Both the position numbers and the translations under genes were made by a program. A DNA stretch of 64,000 nt. It comes from Schizochytrium sp. TIO01. Lineage: Eukaryota; Protista; Bigyra: Labyrinthulomycetes. The notes under the pieces were generated by a model, which saw only the letters and a list, made by a program, of their open reading frames with translations, was not told the DNA's origin and ran no database searches. The DNA lies in contig SMSO01000031.1 of NCBI GenBank assembly GCA_004764695.1, positions 6,182,761 to 6,246,760 of the forward strand, given 5' to 3'. This document shows, piece after piece, positions 63,460 to 64,000 of this stretch. Positions within the stretch are counted from its first letter, which is position 1. Each line of letters starts with the position of its first letter.

Positions 63460-64000
63460 ATGGCAGAATCCTCGGACGAAGTCTTCTCTCGAAGTCTCAA
63501 TCTCTGCGAAACGGTTACACGCCGAGCTCGCCGTGGCGAGCTTGTGCTTGAAAAACTCCCTGATGATAACGAGACTCCAATTAAAGCTCCGAAAAAACGC
63601 AAATCCGTATCTTTTAAGATCGAACCTCAGGTCATCCAACTAGTACTCCAAGAGGGTGCCGAAGAACACCTTTCGCGTGTCTTTGGCTTCTCAAGCGAAG
63701 ACCAGCCTCGAGTGAAAACTAGCGAGCTCTTGCCCATGCGCGAGTTCTTGGAACGGAGTGCGAGAGCCATGGGATTTCTCAACATCTACCTGGATGGACG
63801 CCGATTTGGACACGAGGATGCCGATCGTTGGAGAAGGTTTGGCGAGGACGGCTCCATGGCGGTAGACGACGTGAACGAAACGCTTCCACGTTCGCTTGGG
63901 GGCTGGAAGTTTTCTCAGGAACAGATTGATAAACTCGTGCAGGTGCACGAGGCTCTCCCAGGGCATACGTTTGTGGATGATGGCACATCTTGCATGTGCG
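63460..64000 (+). CDS. Hypothetical protein, 3' truncated (missing from the ORF track)
   Basis: Manual translation from ATG 63460 (MAESSDEVFSRSLNLCETV...KKRKSVSFKIEP...FLNIYLDGRRFG...DDGTSCMC) gives 180 codons with no stop before the window end. Confidence 0.7.
   Translation, partial: MAESSDEVFSRSLNLCETVTRRARRGELVLEKLPDDNETPIKAPKKRKSVSFKIEPQVIQLVLQEGAEEHLSRVFGFSSEDQPRVKTSELLPMREFLERSARAMGFLNIYLDGRRFGHEDADRWRRFGEDGSMAVDDVNETLPRSLGGWKFSQEQIDKLVQVHEALPGHTFVDDGTSCMC

Overview
Eukaryotic, gene-dense and intron-poor nuclear DNA. Gene content, near-absence of CDS introns and microsatellite-rich intergenic tracts suggest a stramenopile, probably a thraustochytrid/labyrinthulomycete (inference). About 18 protein-coding genes: TMTC-like O-mannosyltransferase (5' truncated), carotenoid cleavage oxygenase, RGG-PPR protein, polyproline/SAM scaffold, VPS16, a FAM173-like methyltransferase fused to a Pkr1-like domain, P4-ATPase flippase, RCC1-HECT (HERC-like) E3 ligase, a multidomain AIG1/GIMAP-like GTPase, a WD40 protein, enoyl-CoA hydratase, NKAP, an EF-hand/WD40 protein, FAM221, WDR54 and three unknown genes. 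I recognised no rRNA, tRNA, CRISPR array or transposase. Six genes are split by seven internal frameshifts (plus a possible eighth at the P4-ATPase start). All are +1 and repairable at short homopolymers, so they are most likely assembly errors. Best novelty candidates: (1) the methyltransferase-Pkr1 fusion ending in KKxx, suggesting methylation coupled to V-ATPase assembly; (2) the PH-AIG1-SAM-SAM-MIB/HERC2-3x-repeat GTPase head-to-head with a HERC-type ligase, a possible immune/ubiquitin module; (3) a PPR protein with RGG boxes, no obvious organellar presequence, and a six-Cys insert. All domain calls are from motif recognition by eye, not database searches.
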